DNA from: an uncultured candidate division Zixibacteria bacterium
GTDB lineage: Bacteria; Zixibacteria; MSB-5A5; GN15; PGXB01
Length of the DNA: 64,000 bases
Assembly: GCA_963702205.1 (NCBI GenBank)
Contig: OY969724.1
Coordinates: forward strand, 992,001-1,056,000
Direction of reading: 5' to 3'
The translations under genes were made by a program, and so were the position numbers. The notes below the pieces were generated by a model. It was given only the letters and a program-made list of their open reading frames with translations. It searched no databases and had not been told where the DNA came from. Below, piece by piece: positions 9,626 to 19,667 of this stretch. Each line of letters begins with the position of its first letter. Within the stretch, counting starts at the first letter, position 1.

Positions 9626-11551
9626 ATGGATAATACTGACAAACCCTTCGAACAACCCGACGATTCATTTCCAAAGCGCATTCGTATCGACCGGCGCGGC
9701 TGGATGCGACGGTTGTTTTCGTTTGTCGGTCCGGCCTATCTTATAAGTGTCGGCTATATGGACCCGGGCAACTGGGCCACCGACATCGAGGGCGGCGCCC
9801 GCTTCGGCTACACGCTGATCTGGGTCCTGCTCATGTCCAACCTTATGGCGGTTCTGCTCCAGACCCTGTCGGCCCGGCTCGGTATCGTTACCGGTCACGA
9901 TCTGGCACAGGCGTGCCGTCGGGAGTATCCTCGTATAGTTACCTATGCCCTCTGGGTGCTGGCCGAAATAGCCATCACTGCCACCGATCTGGCCGAGGCC
10001 ATCGGGACCATTGTCGGGCTGAACCTTTTGTTCAAAATTCCGCTCTATTGGGGTTGTCTGATTACAGCCCTCGATACTTTTTTATTCCTGGCTTTGCAGA
10101 GATTCGGCGTTCGGAAAATGGAGGCGTTCATTGTTATGCTGGTGGCGACCATCGGCGGTTGCTTTTTAATCGAGGTCTTTCTCGCCAAACCCGACTGGGG
10201 CCAGTGCGCGGCGGGTTTTATTCCGCATCTGTCGCCTTCGACTCTGTACATCAGCATCGGGATCATCGGCGCCACGGTCATGCCCCACAATTTATATCTG
10301 CACTCGTCTTTAGTGCAGTCGCGAAGCATATCCAATACGTACACCGGCAAGGCCGAAGCCTGCCGTTTTAATTTCCTTGATTCGGCCATCGCTCTCAACG
10401 CCGCGTTTTTTGTCAATGCCGCCATCCTCGTGACGGCGGCGGCCGATTTCTATTCGCGCGGCATTGTCGTAACCGAAATACAGCAGGCCCATTATATGCT
10501 CGATTCCGTACTCGGGTCGTCACTGGCGCCGGTCGCCTTCGCCATAGCTTTGCTGGCTGCCGGGCAAAGCTCGACCATTACCGGGACCATTTCCGGGCAG
10601 GTCGTCATGGAGGGATTTCTTAACCTCCGCATTTCGCCCTGGCTGAGGCGTTTGATCACCCGTGTTCTGGCCCTCGGCCCGGCCGTTGTGGTTATTGCCA
10701 TGACCGGTAACGAAGGGATCTATGGTCTTCTGGTTCTATCGCAAGTTGTCCTGAGCCTTCAGCTGCCATTTGCCGTTGTACCTCTCATTCACTTCACATC
10801 CGACCGCAAAATTATGGGCTCCTTTGCCAATAGATTTTGGGTGATTATTGCCTCGTGGGTAATCGCCGCAATTATCATAGCATTAAATCTAAAGCTGGTT
10901 TGGGATGAAATCTCCGCCTGGCTGACAAGCGGCGGTCTATTGTTATGGTTTATTATGATTCCTTTACTTATCGTTTTATTGGGTTTGCTGATCTATCTGA
11001 CCTACCGGGCCGTTGTCCGCAAGGATGTTCGTCGCGATTACCCGGTCGACGCCATGTCTGAAAACGTCGCCCGCAACATCAGGCCCGTGGCGATCAAGCG
11101 GATCGGGGCGGCCATTGAACATTCCGAGGGTGACGCCGCCATTATCTCCGCCGCATTGAACATGGCGCGTATTGAAAAGGCCGATCTGATCCTGATCCAC
11201 GTCGCCGATACGCCGAGTATTGCAGTCTACGGCAAAGAGGGAGGCGGATCGCACGTTTCATCCGACGAGCAGTATCTTGATCAGATTGCCGCCGAATTGA
11301 CCGATCAAAACGTCTCTGTGGCGACCGAACTGCGGTTCGGTAATGCTGTCGATGAGATTGTCAGTGCCGTCAAAGAAGCGTCGATCGACCTTTTGGTCAT
11401 GGGTTCTCATGGTCATAGCGGTTTGGCGGATATCGTTTTCGGGCAAACGGCGAGCGTCGTTCAGCACCGTGTTTCCATACCGGTTTATATCGTAAAGTCC
11501 AGCGGCCCGGAATCGAGGCTCCATGGTCTCGGCCAAACCGACGAAAGCTGA
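9626..11551 (+). CDS. mntH: Nramp family divalent metal transporter with C-terminal universal stress protein domain
   Basis: YMDPGNWATD and GATVMPHNLYLHS signatures; C-terminal DLLVMGSHGHSGLADIVFG USP motif. Confidence 0.92.
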   Translation: MDNTDKPFEQPDDSFPKRIRIDRRGWMRRLFSFVGPAYLISVGYMDPGNWATDIEGGARFGYTLIWVLLMSNLMAVLLQTLSARLGIVTGHDLAQACRREYPRIVTYALWVLAEIAITATDLAEAIGTIVGLNLLFKIPLYWGCLITALDTFLFLALQRFGVRKMEAFIVMLVATIGGCFLIEVFLAKPDWGQCAAGFIPHLSPSTLYISIGIIGATVMPHNLYLHSSLVQSRSISNTYTGKAEACRFNFLDSAIALNAAFFVNAAILVTAAADFYSRGIVVTEIQQAHYMLDSVLGSSLAPVAFAIALLAAGQSSTITGTISGQVVMEGFLNLRISPWLRRLITRVLALGPAVVVIAMTGNEGIYGLLVLSQVVLSLQLPFAVVPLIHFTSDRKIMGSFANRFWVIIASWVIAAIIIALNLKLVWDEISAWLTSGGLLLWFIMIPLLIVLLGLLIYLTYRAVVRKDVRRDYPVDAMSENVARNIRPVAIKRIGAAIEHSEGDAAIISAALNMARIEKADLILIHVADTPSIAVYGKEGGGSHVSSDEQYLDQIAAELTDQNVSVATELRFGNAVDEIVSAVKEASIDLLVMGSHGHSGLADIVFGQTASVVQHRVSIPVYIVKSSGPESRLHGLGQTDES

Positions 11552-11637
11552 GTCCCGAATCCGGGCGGAATTGTGCAGTCCCGCTGTCGTTTATAAAAAT
11601 TCTTGAAATCGTCTAAATTAAGAACGTATCTCATAAT

Positions 11638-12039
11638 GTGGAAGAGATAATAAATACACTTCGCCATTGCGGGATTCAGCCGACCCCGCAAAGAATTGCC
11701 GTGGTTGATTACGTTTTGACAACCAAAGACCACCCGTCGGCCGATGACGTCCTCAAAATCGCCCGCAAGAAATGTCCGACGGTTTCCCGGGCTACGGTTT
11801 ATAATACCCTGAACCTTATGGTCAAAAAAGGACTGCTTACGACGCAGGTGCTCAGGGAAGGAACCGTGGTATTTGATCCGAATGTGAAAAACCACCATCA
11901 TTTCATCGACGACGACACCGGCCATATCGACGATATTCCATGGGATGCTCTGACCGTTGAATTAAAAGACAAACTGAGCGATTATGAAATTCATGACTTT
12001 CAGGTAATCATGCACGGCAAGAAGAAAGCCAAAAAGTAG
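11638..12039 (+). CDS. Fur family transcriptional regulator
   Basis: TPQRIAV, HPSADDV, SRATVYNTL, HHHF. Confidence 0.9.
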   Translation: MEEIINTLRHCGIQPTPQRIAVVDYVLTTKDHPSADDVLKIARKKCPTVSRATVYNTLNLMVKKGLLTTQVLREGTVVFDPNVKNHHHFIDDDTGHIDDIPWDALTVELKDKLSDYEIHDFQVIMHGKKKAKK

Positions 12040-12117
12040 CTTTTTTAAGCGGCATTTATAATAGACCTGAATTCCAGATTCATCCATAAAGATCAATATT
12101 CGGAAAGTCGGAGAAAT

Positions 12118-12834
12118 TTACTTCAGGACGTAAATCACCCACGGTGCGATTTTGGTTTCGTTGATCCAATCGTACGGTTCGTCGTCCCGCGCCAGCGGTT
12201 TGTACGTCCTGACCGGTTCAATGCCGGATTTTCGATAAACATCGCGATAAGCATCATCGGTCCAGACGACGTCCTCGACCGGTCGTCGATCGTCGACGTC
12301 GGTCATGATTATTTTGACTTTGTCCCCGCTCCCGGCTTTACGGTTTTCCGGAAAATCTTTCGTGCTGAACGACGCCCATTCGTTGATATAAATGTCCGGT
12401 GAGGACACGAGGTTGACAAATGCACCACCGGGCCCAAGGAGCCGTTTGATTTCTTTCATGTTTCTGATTTTTTTGTATTCCGTTGGGATATTGTCAAACG
12501 TGAAAGCCGACAGCACCAGGTCGAACGTCGCCGAGTCAAACCGGCTCATGTCGCCGTCTTTGACGGCGAAATATTCCCCCTCCGGGTCGCGCTGCCGGGC
12601 GAGCTTGAGCATGTCTTCAGAAATATCAATCCCGACTGCACCGAAGCCGAGCTTTTTAAGAAACCGTGTGGAGCGTCCGGTTCCGCACCCGAAATCGAGA
12701 GCGTTCCTTCCGGTCACGTATTCAATTATAATTTCCGGCAAATCCCGGTAGGCCAGGTAGTACGTTCCGGGGAATTCGAGCTTGGCGTACGCCTCCGCCC
12801 GCCCGGCATCTTCATAAACATTATCGAATTGCAT
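12118..12834 (-). CDS. Class I SAM-dependent methyltransferase
   Basis: ALDFGCGTGRS, GIDIS, FDLV motifs. Confidence 0.9.
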   Translation of the reverse strand: MQFDNVYEDAGRAEAYAKLEFPGTYYLAYRDLPEIIIEYVTGRNALDFGCGTGRSTRFLKKLGFGAVGIDISEDMLKLARQRDPEGEYFAVKDGDMSRFDSATFDLVLSAFTFDNIPTEYKKIRNMKEIKRLLGPGGAFVNLVSSPDIYINEWASFSTKDFPENRKAGSGDKVKIIMTDVDDRRPVEDVVWTDDAYRDVYRKSGIEPVRTYKPLARDDEPYDWINETKIAPWVIYVLK

Positions 12835-12983
12835 TGCAAACGCACGGTTAAAATAGTATTATCAATATCAATCTATATCTTCGTTTGAATTTGGACAACT
12901 GCAAACCGATTTGACACAAAGAATATTTATTGGATTTTATCGATTATGAAAAGTTATATTGAGTCGGGATTTAAGGAGGTTCC

Positions 12984-13715
12984 ATGATCGAACCGAAAGC
13001 CGCAGCGTTCACGTGCCCTATTTGCGGGCAGTCCAAACCCAGGTCCGAAGGTCGGTTGGCCGAGTTTATTCAAACCCCGGTCGGGGATTTGATTCGTAAG
13101 CAGCACCCGGACTGGGATTTGAATCATGTCATTTGTTTGTCATGCTTAAATCGCTTCCGGGCCGAATATGTTGAGGATTCTCTGGAGGCCCAGCGCGGGG
13201 AACTTTCAGCCGTCGAGGACGCCGTCATCAACAGTCTCAAAGAGCACGAACTCATCTCAAAAAACGTTGAAACTGAATTCGATACCAGGCTCTCTTTCGG
13301 TGATCGGGTCGCCGACCGGGTCGCCAATTTCGGTGGAAGCTGGAGATTCATAATTATTTTCGGATTGGTCCTGCTCGTTTGGATAGTGATAAATACGATT
13401 GTTTTGCTCCTTCGACCGTTCGACCCTTATCCGTTTATATTGCTGAATTTGATTCTTTCGTGCCTGGCGGCACTGCAAGCTCCGATCATCATGATGAGCC
13501 AGAACCGTCAGGAGGCCAAAGACAGGCTGCGCTCCGAACACGATTATCAGATAAATCTAAAGGCTGAAATCGAAATCCGCCAGTTGCATGTCAAGCTCGA
13601 CCAGTTGATAAATCATTCCTGGCAGCGCCTGCTCGAAATCCAGAAAATCCAGACCGATTTGATACAGGATCTGGCCCAGCGCGACGACGGCGAAGATAAT
13701 CGGTCTCAGAAATAG
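12984..13715 (+). CDS. DUF1003 family membrane protein
   Basis: FGGSWRFI, FDPYPFILLNL, QAPIIMMSQNRQ; N-terminal CxxC...CxxC. Confidence 0.9.
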   Translation: MIEPKAAAFTCPICGQSKPRSEGRLAEFIQTPVGDLIRKQHPDWDLNHVICLSCLNRFRAEYVEDSLEAQRGELSAVEDAVINSLKEHELISKNVETEFDTRLSFGDRVADRVANFGGSWRFIIIFGLVLLVWIVINTIVLLLRPFDPYPFILLNLILSCLAALQAPIIMMSQNRQEAKDRLRSEHDYQINLKAEIEIRQLHVKLDQLINHSWQRLLEIQKIQTDLIQDLAQRDDGEDNRSQK

Positions 13716-13736
13716 TCCCTCTCGACAATGGCACCA

Positions 13737-13768
13737 TAAAAAAAAGGCCACCTTGCGGCGGCCTTTTA
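13737..13768 (-). terminator. Rho-independent terminator (probably bidirectional)
   Basis: Minus strand AAAAGGCCGCC-GCAA-GGTGGCCTTTT followed by a T run. Confidence 0.8.
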
Positions 13769-13780
13769 CATTGAACTGAT

Positions 13781-16318
13781 TTACGGGCAGATCGGGGCCG
13801 GGCCCTGTGGTGAACCGTAGAGGTGTTCGATCAAGTACAAAATATCCAGAAGGTTGACCAGTCCGTCGGCATTGACATCCCCGGATTCCAGGGGTTCGGG
13901 TGCCGGTCCGGCCGGATCGTCATAGAGGTAGGAGATCAGGTACAGTATATCAACCAGGTTGACTGATTCATCACCGCTGGGATCGCCGCAGACATAAGCC
14001 GGTGCGATCGGTCCCAGGCCCCAGGAATCGAGTGAAAACTGCGCGCCGCCTTCGGGCACGTGGATACTAATCGTCCCCGGTGCCGATGGCGGAATAGCTC
14101 CCAGCTTAAGAGTGTATTCACCGGGTTCGGTAAGAGTTATTGTACCCAGCGGGAATTCCGCACCCGGACATTCCACCGCAATCGGGCCCGGCGAGGCCAG
14201 ATCGAGCGCTTCTAATTTTATTTGCACGTCGTTCCAGTACTCGTTGGGTGTCACCGTGAAATGAACGGTCAAATCGGTGCAGCCGCCGGTAAAGTCGGGC
14301 GAGAAAAAGGCGGGCTGAGCCGAAGTATTAAAGCCCTCTTCGTCAATTCCGAAAATTTCTATCGGACCGGTCAGGGCCGGGTTGAATTCAGCGAAACTGC
14401 TATCGTGGCCGCCGACCGAAAAACCGGCATAATCGGCCGGATTGGAGAGCGCCTCGGGCGACGTCTGGCTCGGGAACGACTCAGCCATGACATTAAACGG
14501 ACTGTTGTCGTCGCTTTCAATCCAGAGCGATAAGGCCTGGATTCCCGAGCCGAGTATGACTCGATCTTCGTTACCCGGTGTGAAACCGGCAGTGCCCGGG
14601 ACGTTCCAGTTGAAGATTTTTATCCGGGTCCGACTGCCATCGGGTTCTTCGTTCCAAACCGTGACATGCCCGTGACCGAGGCCCGCGCCAAATTTCAAAT
14701 CGGTCTGACCGCCCGCCGGGACCAAGGCATGTTTCCACTCGCCCTGGTTTTTAAACGGGAACGAAACGTAGCTGCGGCTGCCCTCGGCAATAGCCGCCGC
14801 GAGTTTGGCGATTTCATCCGCAATCTTCTGGATGTCGTCCTGAAGCTTGGCTTTTTTTCGGGCGTTGGTGGTCGTATCCGCTATCGCCTGCCGTTTGTCT
14901 CTTCGTGAGATCGCGTCGGCCTTGAGTTTTTGAAGATAACGAGCGTACGCGGCTTTGGCCGAATCGACCGCCGTCTCATAGGGATCACCCGCCCTCAGGC
15001 GCGCGAGCTTGGCCTTAAGATATTCGCTCCCGGTCGGACCGAAATAACTGTCGCCGTGATCGGCCGCCGAGTTTTCGTGCACCTCGGTCGAATCTTTTAG
15101 ATCGAGGTTTTTGAGAGTGTCTATTATATCGCCGCCGTGGCATAAAGTCAGCTCATCGTACATAACGTCGAGACTCGAATCTATCAGCTGTTGTATTGCC
15201 ACCCTCAGCGACTCGGGAAACATAGACGTCGCCTGACCATCCGGATCTTTGCCCATCAGGCCGATAAATCCGCCGGGAGCGCCGTGGTTGGAAATCATCT
15301 TCTGGAACGTATTCTTTTTATGCTGTCGGCCGCACTCGGCAATCTTGTGCGAAATTTCATTGAATATCGTTTTGATCGTATCGCTGTTGGCCGGGTGGAC
15401 GTTGGCGTCGGAGATGGCCGTGGAACTGTCGCTCTTGCCGTCAAAATAAACCATATAGACGTTGTCCGGGCAGTACTGGCCGCCGCTGTCCGATGGATCG
15501 ACCTTATATTTATAGGTATTGAGAAGGTCCTGCCAGAAATACGGCGCGTTCTGGGCCGAGTCTATCCCGCCGCTTAAAAGGAAGGCGAATTTACAGGAGT
15601 CGCAGCCGACCTTGTCGAACGGACCGGGCGGGGCCGGAAAATCGAGAGGCGGCGTCGAAATCGTATCGCCTCCCGTGTCGATATATTCATAAGACGTGGC
15701 CGTGAAAATGGCGTAAGCCGAATCACTCAATGCGTTTTCCGTCGCGTTCTTGGAGACGGTGCCGCTGACGATCATCGCTCCGCCATACCAGTACGCTGTA
15801 TCCGGCAGAGACCCGTCGAGAAACATCATCGTCCCCTCATCCATCGGTTGGCCCTGCATACGCCGGTAGTACTGCGTCACGAGTCGCGGGTCCTGCTCGG
15901 AACAGAACTCCCCGAAAACCTTTATCTCCCCGGCGCTCACCAGGTTGTCAATATCATCGTAAACCTCGGGGATGCTGTAAATCTGGTCGAGCGGCGCGAC
16001 CGTCAGCGTGCCGACCATCGACGTGTGAATATTGCAATGGTAAGGAAAAACGCCGGCCGTCGAAAACGTCCTCTGATAGACGCCGCCGGGGCTTATCGTT
16101 CCTGAATCCCAGACGCCGAGATCGGACGTGCTCGTGTGCGGAACCGGGTCGTTGTTGGTCCAGCGCATAACCGTCCCGGTATCGATGATCAGGCTTTGCG
16201 GCATAAATGAAAAACTTTCGATCGAGATGTCGACCGTCTCGGCGAACGCCGCGGTCGCGAATATGATCGATAGAATAAAAATAACCCCCTGGACGGCTTG
16301 GCGATAGCTTCGGCTCAA
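13781..16318 (-). CDS. Secreted multidomain protein: cupredoxin + clan CD (C13-like) peptidase + dockerin-like domain
   Basis: Signal peptide; HTSTSD...YHCNIHTSM type-1 Cu ligands; FAFLLSGG...NHG...LCHGG; C-terminal GD.S/N.D..VNL.DILYLI repeat pair; GGAGG before the TTG. Confidence 0.75.
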   Translation of the reverse strand: MSRSYRQAVQGVIFILSIIFATAAFAETVDISIESFSFMPQSLIIDTGTVMRWTNNDPVPHTSTSDLGVWDSGTISPGGVYQRTFSTAGVFPYHCNIHTSMVGTLTVAPLDQIYSIPEVYDDIDNLVSAGEIKVFGEFCSEQDPRLVTQYYRRMQGQPMDEGTMMFLDGSLPDTAYWYGGAMIVSGTVSKNATENALSDSAYAIFTATSYEYIDTGGDTISTPPLDFPAPPGPFDKVGCDSCKFAFLLSGGIDSAQNAPYFWQDLLNTYKYKVDPSDSGGQYCPDNVYMVYFDGKSDSSTAISDANVHPANSDTIKTIFNEISHKIAECGRQHKKNTFQKMISNHGAPGGFIGLMGKDPDGQATSMFPESLRVAIQQLIDSSLDVMYDELTLCHGGDIIDTLKNLDLKDSTEVHENSAADHGDSYFGPTGSEYLKAKLARLRAGDPYETAVDSAKAAYARYLQKLKADAISRRDKRQAIADTTTNARKKAKLQDDIQKIADEIAKLAAAIAEGSRSYVSFPFKNQGEWKHALVPAGGQTDLKFGAGLGHGHVTVWNEEPDGSRTRIKIFNWNVPGTAGFTPGNEDRVILGSGIQALSLWIESDDNSPFNVMAESFPSQTSPEALSNPADYAGFSVGGHDSSFAEFNPALTGPIEIFGIDEEGFNTSAQPAFFSPDFTGGCTDLTVHFTVTPNEYWNDVQIKLEALDLASPGPIAVECPGAEFPLGTITLTEPGEYTLKLGAIPPSAPGTISIHVPEGGAQFSLDSWGLGPIAPAYVCGDPSGDESVNLVDILYLISYLYDDPAGPAPEPLESGDVNADGLVNLLDILYLIEHLYGSPQGPAPICP

Positions 16319-16507
16319 AACTGACCTCCGTTTATTCTTTAAGATTCTTTCGGCCCGGACGGTGATCGTCCCGGCCCTTCCTTTTCGACGTCAATGGCAC
16401 GCCGCAAGGTGGAAATCGCGAAGACCGTCGGTGGCGGCGTATTTAGTTTTTCGCCATGAATTTCGGCGACCGGCTGGACGCTCCTGTGTTCCGGCCGGAT
16501 CGCGAAT

Positions 16508-16526
16508 ATGGATATAATATATCCAT
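16508..16526. promoter_or_regulatory. Perfect 9-1-9 palindrome, putative operator
   Basis: ATGGATATA-A-TATATCCAT in a divergent intergenic region. Confidence 0.4.
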
Positions 16527-16710
16527 GAAGCCAAATTATACAAGGAATTTTTTTTCGAGACGGCGGCCGGGACGCACCGCCCCCGGCCCAGGGACCGGAA
16601 CCAAACCGCTGCCGAAATCGTTTAAGCCTATGACGACCTCTATAATGGACAAAACGGATCGAAATAATTAGCTATTACGCCGCCCCCGAAGGGCGGCCGG
16701 GATTAGTCCG

Positions 16711-18867
16711 ATGTTTATGCGCTGCAATCGAATAAGAAATATATCTTTGTTTTTCGGAATCCTGATACTGACGGCATTTTTGTCGGCGTCCACCGTCCAG
16801 GCCGGTCCCGTGCCGGTGGGGCATGTCGAAGCCGAATTAGTGTCGGAGATGATGTCCATCGCGCCGGGGCAGCCGTTCTGGGTCGGGCTGCATCTGAACC
16901 TCGATCCCGACTGGCACGTCTACTGGCGCAATCCCGGTGACGCCGGGACTCCGCCCAAACTGACCTGGCAGCTTCCCGATGGCTTCCGGACCGGCGAAAT
17001 TCAATGGCCGGTGCCCGATAGAATCGTCCAGCCGCCCCTGGTGGATTTTGGATATAATGGTGAAGTCCTGCTGCCCGTCCAAATATTTCCGCCCGCCAAT
17101 TTGAAGCCGGGAGAAAAAATAAACCTCCAAGTCAAGGCTTCGTGGCTGGTCTGCCGGGAAGTCTGTGTCCCCGGCGATGCCGACCTGAGCCTGCAGCTTC
17201 CGGTTGTTTCCGGCGATATGACCGTCAACGATAAAACAAACAGACTTTTCGCCCGAACCCGCAACCATCTTCCGGTCACCATGCCCGATTGGCGTCTGTC
17301 CGCCAATGTCGAAAGCGACGGTTATGCCATCAATATTCAACCCCCCGATTGGTTTAGAGGACCGCTTGATTCTATTGACTTTTATCCCTACAATAAAATG
17401 ATCCTGGACTATATGGCCGCGCCACAAATTGACTCGACTGATTCAGGCTTTGCGCTTCATCTTAAAAAGTCACACTACCAGATGCAGTCGGCAGATACCC
17501 TGCGGGGGATTCTGGTCAATCCGCATGGTTGGCGCGGGGACGGGTCCGAGACGGCCATTGCCGTCAGTATTCCTGTTGGGGTCAATAAAGATATCTCCGG
17601 TGTGGCAATTGCGGCTTCGACCGGCCTTAACAACCTGTGGCTGGCGCTGTTGTTCGCCTTCCTGGGCGGCATGATTTTAAACCTTATGCCGTGTGTCCTG
17701 CCGGTGCTGTCCATAAAAATCCTCAGCTTCGTTAAAGAAGCCGGAGATCATGGGGGACGGTCCCTGTCCGGCGGACTGATGTTTTCGGCCGGGATTCTGG
17801 TTTCGTTCTGGATTCTGGCCGGGACGTTAATCGCCTTGCGCGCCGGTGGCGAACAGCTGGGCTGGGGCTTCCAGTTACAGTCGCCAATCTTCTTGACCAT
17901 CCTGGCGTCGTTTATTTTCCTGTTCGGATTGAGCCTGCTGGGCGTGTTTGAAATCGGCACGTCGCTGACCGGAGCAGGTAATCTCGCAACATCCCGCCAC
18001 GGCAAAATGAGTTCGTTCCTGAGTGGAGTGACCGCGGTCGTGGTGGCGACACCCTGCACGGCGCCGTTTATGGGTTCGGCGCTTGGTTACGCCCTGTCCC
18101 AATCCTATTTTGTATCGCTGGCGATTTTCTCGGCCCTCGGACTGGGGCTGGCGCTGCCGTACGTTGTCTTGTCGGCTTCGCCGCGCCTGATGCGGTTTGT
18201 CCCGCGTCCCGGCCCATGGATGGAAACCCTCAAGCATATCATGGGATTTTTGCTCATGGCCACCGTCGTCTGGCTGGCGTGGGTTCTGGCGCTGCAGGCG
18301 GGAGCCACGGCTATCGCGCTGTTTTTGATGGGCCTGGTTCTGCTCGGTGTCGGGGCATGGCTCTGGGGCCGCTGGGGAACGCCGGTCACGACCGGACGAC
18401 TTAAAGTCGCGGCGCGCGTCCTGACCGTCTTCTTTTTGCTGTCTGGTTTCGGAGTAGGATTGTACGGCACCAGTTTCGATGTACCTCTCGCAACCAAAAG
18501 CGACAACGTCGATGGGCTGGCGTGGGAATCATTTTCACAGGAAAAGCTCGATCAACTGACCGCTTCCGGTCAGCCGGTCTTTGTCGATTTCACCGCCGCG
18601 TGGTGTTTGAGCTGTCAGGTCAACGAAAAGGTCGCCCTCGACTCGAAAGACGTCGTGAAGAAATTCGAAGAGCTCGGTGTGGCCACGCTCAAGGCCGACT
18701 GGACGTCGTACAACGAAGAAATCACCAGAGCTCTGGCCGAGCATGGCCGCAACAGTGTCCCGCTGTATGTACTATATATAAAAGGTAAAACCGATTCACC
18801 TATAATACTGCCGGAAATCCTCACCCCCGGCGTGGTCTTGAAAGCACTGGAAAACATCAAAAGCTGA
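16711..18867 (+). CDS. dsbD: Protein-disulfide reductase DsbD family protein
   Basis: WHVYWRNPGDAG, WLVCREVCVPG, LNLMPCVLPV, ATPCTAPFM, FTAAWCLSC. Confidence 0.9.
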   Translation: MFMRCNRIRNISLFFGILILTAFLSASTVQAGPVPVGHVEAELVSEMMSIAPGQPFWVGLHLNLDPDWHVYWRNPGDAGTPPKLTWQLPDGFRTGEIQWPVPDRIVQPPLVDFGYNGEVLLPVQIFPPANLKPGEKINLQVKASWLVCREVCVPGDADLSLQLPVVSGDMTVNDKTNRLFARTRNHLPVTMPDWRLSANVESDGYAINIQPPDWFRGPLDSIDFYPYNKMILDYMAAPQIDSTDSGFALHLKKSHYQMQSADTLRGILVNPHGWRGDGSETAIAVSIPVGVNKDISGVAIAASTGLNNLWLALLFAFLGGMILNLMPCVLPVLSIKILSFVKEAGDHGGRSLSGGLMFSAGILVSFWILAGTLIALRAGGEQLGWGFQLQSPIFLTILASFIFLFGLSLLGVFEIGTSLTGAGNLATSRHGKMSSFLSGVTAVVVATPCTAPFMGSALGYALSQSYFVSLAIFSALGLGLALPYVVLSASPRLMRFVPRPGPWMETLKHIMGFLLMATVVWLAWVLALQAGATAIALFLMGLVLLGVGAWLWGRWGTPVTTGRLKVAARVLTVFFLLSGFGVGLYGTSFDVPLATKSDNVDGLAWESFSQEKLDQLTASGQPVFVDFTAAWCLSCQVNEKVALDSKDVVKKFEELGVATLKADWTSYNEEITRALAEHGRNSVPLYVLYIKGKTDSPIILPEILTPGVVLKALENIKS

Positions 18868-18932
18868 CGACACCGCACGCTCACCGGTGACGTCGGTCGA
18901 AAAGAGCACGTGAGCAGGGGAGACGAACGAAT

Positions 18933-19598
18933 ATGAAGATTTACAAACTGTTGGGTGTCGCGGTGTTCGGGATAATCCTGACGGCATCGTTGGCGGTGCA
19001 TGCCGGAAACGACAAGCCCGCCACCAAAGGCGAGACAGAACCTATGTCGACCATGGCCATGGCCGAGATCGGTCAGAAGGCCCCCGATTTTACCCTTACG
19101 GGTGCCGATGGCAAGGAATATTCCTTGAGCGACTTTAAGGGTAAGTACATCGTGCTGGAATGGATCAATTTCGATTGTCCGTTCGTGAAGAACCAGTACG
19201 GAACCAATAACATGCAGACTCTGCAGTCCCAATACGTCAAAAAAGGCGTGGTCTGGCTATCGATCTGCTCTTCCGCGCCGGGTAAACAGGGCAATTTCAC
19301 GGGGGAGGCACTCGACCACCGCATTGCCTCGGTGAAGTCGATGGCTACGGCTTATCTGGTCGACGCCGACGGCAAAGTGGGCCGGATGTACGGTGCCAAG
19401 ACGACACCGGATATGTATATAATCAATCCCGAAGGTATGTTGATTTATGCCGGCGGTATCGACGATACCCCGTCGACTAAACCGTCAGAGCTGGAAGGCG
19501 CGCACAATTACGTCAGCGCCGCGCTCGACGCCGCCATGAACGGCAAGCCGGTCTCCAATGCGGTGACGGCTTCCTATGGTTGTGCCGTGAAATACTAA
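18933..19598 (+). CDS. Exported thioredoxin-fold (redoxin/AhpC-TSA-like) protein
   Basis: Signal peptide, APDFTL, VLEWINFDCPFV, YGAKTTP, YAGGIDD, YGCAVKY. Confidence 0.88.
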   Translation: MKIYKLLGVAVFGIILTASLAVHAGNDKPATKGETEPMSTMAMAEIGQKAPDFTLTGADGKEYSLSDFKGKYIVLEWINFDCPFVKNQYGTNNMQTLQSQYVKKGVVWLSICSSAPGKQGNFTGEALDHRIASVKSMATAYLVDADGKVGRMYGAKTTPDMYIINPEGMLIYAGGIDDTPSTKPSELEGAHNYVSAALDAAMNGKPVSNAVTASYGCAVKY

Positions 19599-19631
19599 GA
19601 CACGAAATCATTGATTCCGAATAAACCAAGT

Positions 19632-19667
19632 ACCGCCCCGAGAACGGTATTCCGGGGCGGTTTTTTT
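19632..19667 (+). terminator. Rho-independent terminator
   Basis: ACCGCCCCG-N12-CGGGGCGGT followed by a T run. Confidence 0.8.
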
